Origin: Vicugna vicugna
Lineage: Eukaryota
NCBI GenBank assembly: GCA_013265495.1
Contig: MU058337.1
Span: forward strand, 3,616,176-3,680,175
Reading direction: 5' to 3'
Length of the DNA stretch: 64,000 nt
Below, in pieces: positions 61,040 through 64,000 of this stretch. The position numbers were made by a program, and so were the translations under genes. A model generated the notes under the pieces. The model was not told where the DNA came from and made no database searches. It saw only the letters and a list, made by a program, of their open reading frames with translations. Each line of letters opens with the position of its first letter. The stretch's first letter is position 1.

Positions 61040-63975
61040 ACTAAAATGCAATGATATAAACAATTATATTGTTTTAATAGACTAGTCTCATTAAATTCTG
61101 CAATTATTAGAGCAGATAAATATACAATTATATGCTGTTCATAAGAAATAAACTTTAAATATATTTATATCAAAGAATTAAAGGAAAATAGATTTTTTAA
61201 AAAGGATCAACAAACAGCAAATAAGAAGTCTGGAGTAACTACAATAATATCTGGAGTAGATGAATTAGGCATCGGGACAAAAAGTATCATAGAGATAGAG
61301 GGCCAGTTCATAATCACAAAAGAATGAATTCAGTAAGAAGACAAGACAATCCTAAATGTGGATTTGTCTACTAATAAAGTCCCAAAATAAATGAAACAAA
61401 AAATTGACAAAGTTAAAAATAGGTAATTCCACAACCATAGTAGGAAATATTAGCTTTCCATTCTAGGCAGGTGATAAAATAGCTAGGAAAAATATAAATA
61501 AAATCACAGACGGCTTAATTGATATCTATACAGCACTGTACTCAACAATTGAAGAAATAAATTCTTTACAAATGTACATTGTTATGTTCACCAAGATAGA
61601 CCAATGTATTCTAACAAGTCTCAATAAATTTAAAATAACTGAAATCACATAATATGCTATCTGACCACATGGAATTGAATAAGAAATCCGTAACTATAAG
61701 ATTTTTGAAAAATGTTTCAAAAATTTGGGAATATTTAGAAATTGAACATACTTCTAAATAATACTTGGGTCGAATAAGAAACTAGAAATCAGACAATGTT
61801 TTGAACTGCAGTGTAATAAAAATGTAACATATATGAAATGGAGCTAAACCAGTGCTTAGGAAGAAAAGGTTGGCTGAACATTTGAAAATCTATAAGCATA
61901 ATCCACAAATATAATAAATTGAATAAATAAAATTTTAAAATCTTTTTCCTCCTTGGCAAACTAGGAATAGCTAGAAATGCCCTCGTGCTGATAAAGAGTA
62001 TAATTAATGATTAAATAACAAACGTTTAACACTAAATTCACCAAGAAGACGAAGTTTCACACTCACACTAAATCTATTCAACATTGGAATAAAGATTCTA
62101 CTATCACAAGCTGAGGGGGAATAAAAGCATTCAGATTGGAAAGAAGTAAAACCATCTCTATTTGCAGATGACATGATTATTTATATAAGAAAATGTAAGA
62201 GATTTACAAAGCTATTTGAATTAATAAGTGGATGTGAACTTATTAAAGAATTCAGGTTAATAAATTAAAAGGAATTACATTTTTACGTAACAGCAGCAAA
62301 CAATATGGAAATGAAAAAATTCAATTACAATAGTGTAATAAATCAAATAGGAATAAATTTAATAAAAGATATGACAGATCTCTTCACTGAAAATTAAACA
62401 AAATCACTGAGATTTTTAAAAAAGAAGAAAAAGAAGAAGAGCTAAAAAATGTAGATACACTTTGTCCTTAAACTGAAAGTTTTAATACTGTTACCAGGTC
62501 AGTTCTCTCTTGACCTGATCAAACTGATATGTAGATTTGCTTCAGTCTCAATCAAAATCTCTGCAGGATGTTTTGTAGATGTTGCAAGTTGATTCTAAAA
62601 TGTGTATGGAAATTAGAACGGTACAGAATAACCACAGCAAAGTTTTTAAAAGAACACTAAAGTTGGAGGGTTTATACTACCTGATTTCAAAATGACTAGA
62701 CTACAGTAATTAACACAGTGTAGTACTGGAATTAAGGAAGACAAGGATATGAAAGGAACAGATAACAGGACACAGAAATAGCTCCTTACATGCACAGTCA
62801 GCGCTCTGATGGGAAAAGAAAGGCTATTTTAACAAGTGGTGCTGGAAGATCTGGATATCTGTATGGGGGAAAAATAATGATTGACTTTATTAACACCCTA
62901 CAGAAAAATAAATTCAAAATAGATTCAGACCTCAAGACAAAAAACTAAAACTAGCAAGTTTCTAGAAGAAAACAGGGAATAATATATTTGCAAACTTGGA
63001 GGAAGTAATTATTTCTTAACTAGAACACAAAAGTCATAAATTCTAGAAGAAAATGTCAATAAGCTGAACTTCATTAAAATGTTCTTCAAAGGCAATATAG
63101 AAATTAAATACGCAAAATACACATTAATATGAAACAAATCATATCCAGAATACATAAAAAAGTCTTACAACTTAAGAAGAAGAAGATATACAACCCATTA
63201 AAAATAAGAAAATATTTCAGTGGACATTTAACAAAAGAAGACATGAATAAATACATTTAAAAGGCTAAAAGTATTATTAATTATTAGAAAAATGCTAATT
63301 AAACCTTTTCAAGGTCATTAAAATGTCCAAAATTAAAAGTATTTTAATGCAAGGCACTGGTCAGCATCTGGAGCAACTGGAACTTTCATACGTTGCTGGT
63401 AAAGTATAAAATGGTACTACTATTTTAGAAATGATTTTGGAAGTACCTTATACAACTAAACATGCATTAACCCTATTATCCAACAATTTAACTCCAGGTA
63501 CTTATCCAAGAGGCAGGAAAACGCATATCCTCAAAAAGACCTGCTCAAAACTGTTTACAACAGCTTTATAGCAATGGTCAACAACTGGAATTAATACAAG
63601 TGCTGATCAACAAAGAATGGACAGGTAAGTGTTGGTATATTCTTTCAAAGTATCTAATTTGGTAATGAAAAAAAGAATAAATGTTAGGGATAAATCTCAA
63701 AAAACATAATGCTGAACAAAAGTATACATACTTTACAATTCCACTTATGTAAAGTACATATTTTATGATTTACATGAACAGGCAAGATCAGAAGTCAGAT
63801 CAGTAGTTACTAATGAGTTATGAAGACTGAATGAACAAGGTACAGAGGAAGACTGAATGAAGCAGGTACAAAGGAACTTTGGAAAGGTAATATATCTTTG
63901 TCAAGATAATTCTTAAACAATTTTATATATTTTTCAAAATTATTAGGGCTTAAATTGCATCTTTGTTCAATAAAA
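61040..63975 (+). mobile_element. Old, heavily degenerate L1 spanning ORF2 (EN to C-terminus, with internal gaps) and 3' UTR
   Basis: EN-like ATATGCTGTTCATAAGAAA and TCACCAAGATAGACCA...TCTGACCAC; RT motif CTATTTGCAGATGACATGATT (LFADDMI, 62158-62178); AAAGTTGGAGGGTTTATACTACCTGATTTCAA; many stops; AATAAA near 63969. Confidence 0.88.
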
Positions 63976-64000
63976 TACCAGCATGTGGTTTACAAATGCA

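Noticed and set aside
1..64000. Host gene, CRISPR array or prokaryote-type system
   Set aside because: No regularly spaced repeats, operons or recognisable coding exons. L1 copies show no clear strand bias, consistent with intergenic or deep intronic mammalian DNA.

Overview
Mammalian, AT-rich, repeat-dense non-coding DNA, most likely from a camelid (alpaca/llama/camel), judged by three tRNA-derived SINEs of the vic-1 type and a young lineage-specific LINE-1. I find no host protein-coding gene, RNA gene, CRISPR array or prokaryote-type system. The window is a mosaic of LINE-1 copies of many ages, ancient L2/MIR, MaLR/ERVL LTRs, hAT DNA transposons, a solo ERV LTR and microsatellites, with a few TE-poor stretches that may be regulatory. 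The only credible long ORF (52785-53867) is the intact C-terminal part of L1 ORF2p in a young 5'-truncated insertion with a perfect target-site duplication. The most interesting structures concern retrotransposition mechanics: an old L1 whose 5' UTR is joined directly to the 3' part of ORF2 (42810-44260), a twin-priming inverted L1 with junction microhomology (10853-14050), two unrelated L1 copies whose sense segment starts at the same ORF2 codon, and the CpG-rich promoter end of a probably full-length L1 (1-521). Also notable are an isolated perfect 15-bp hairpin (28876-28917) and a CpG/CRE cluster (40140-40390). Repeat family names come from my recall of consensus sequences, not from a search, and boundaries of old repeats are approximate. 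I cannot support a claim of a genuinely new biological system here.
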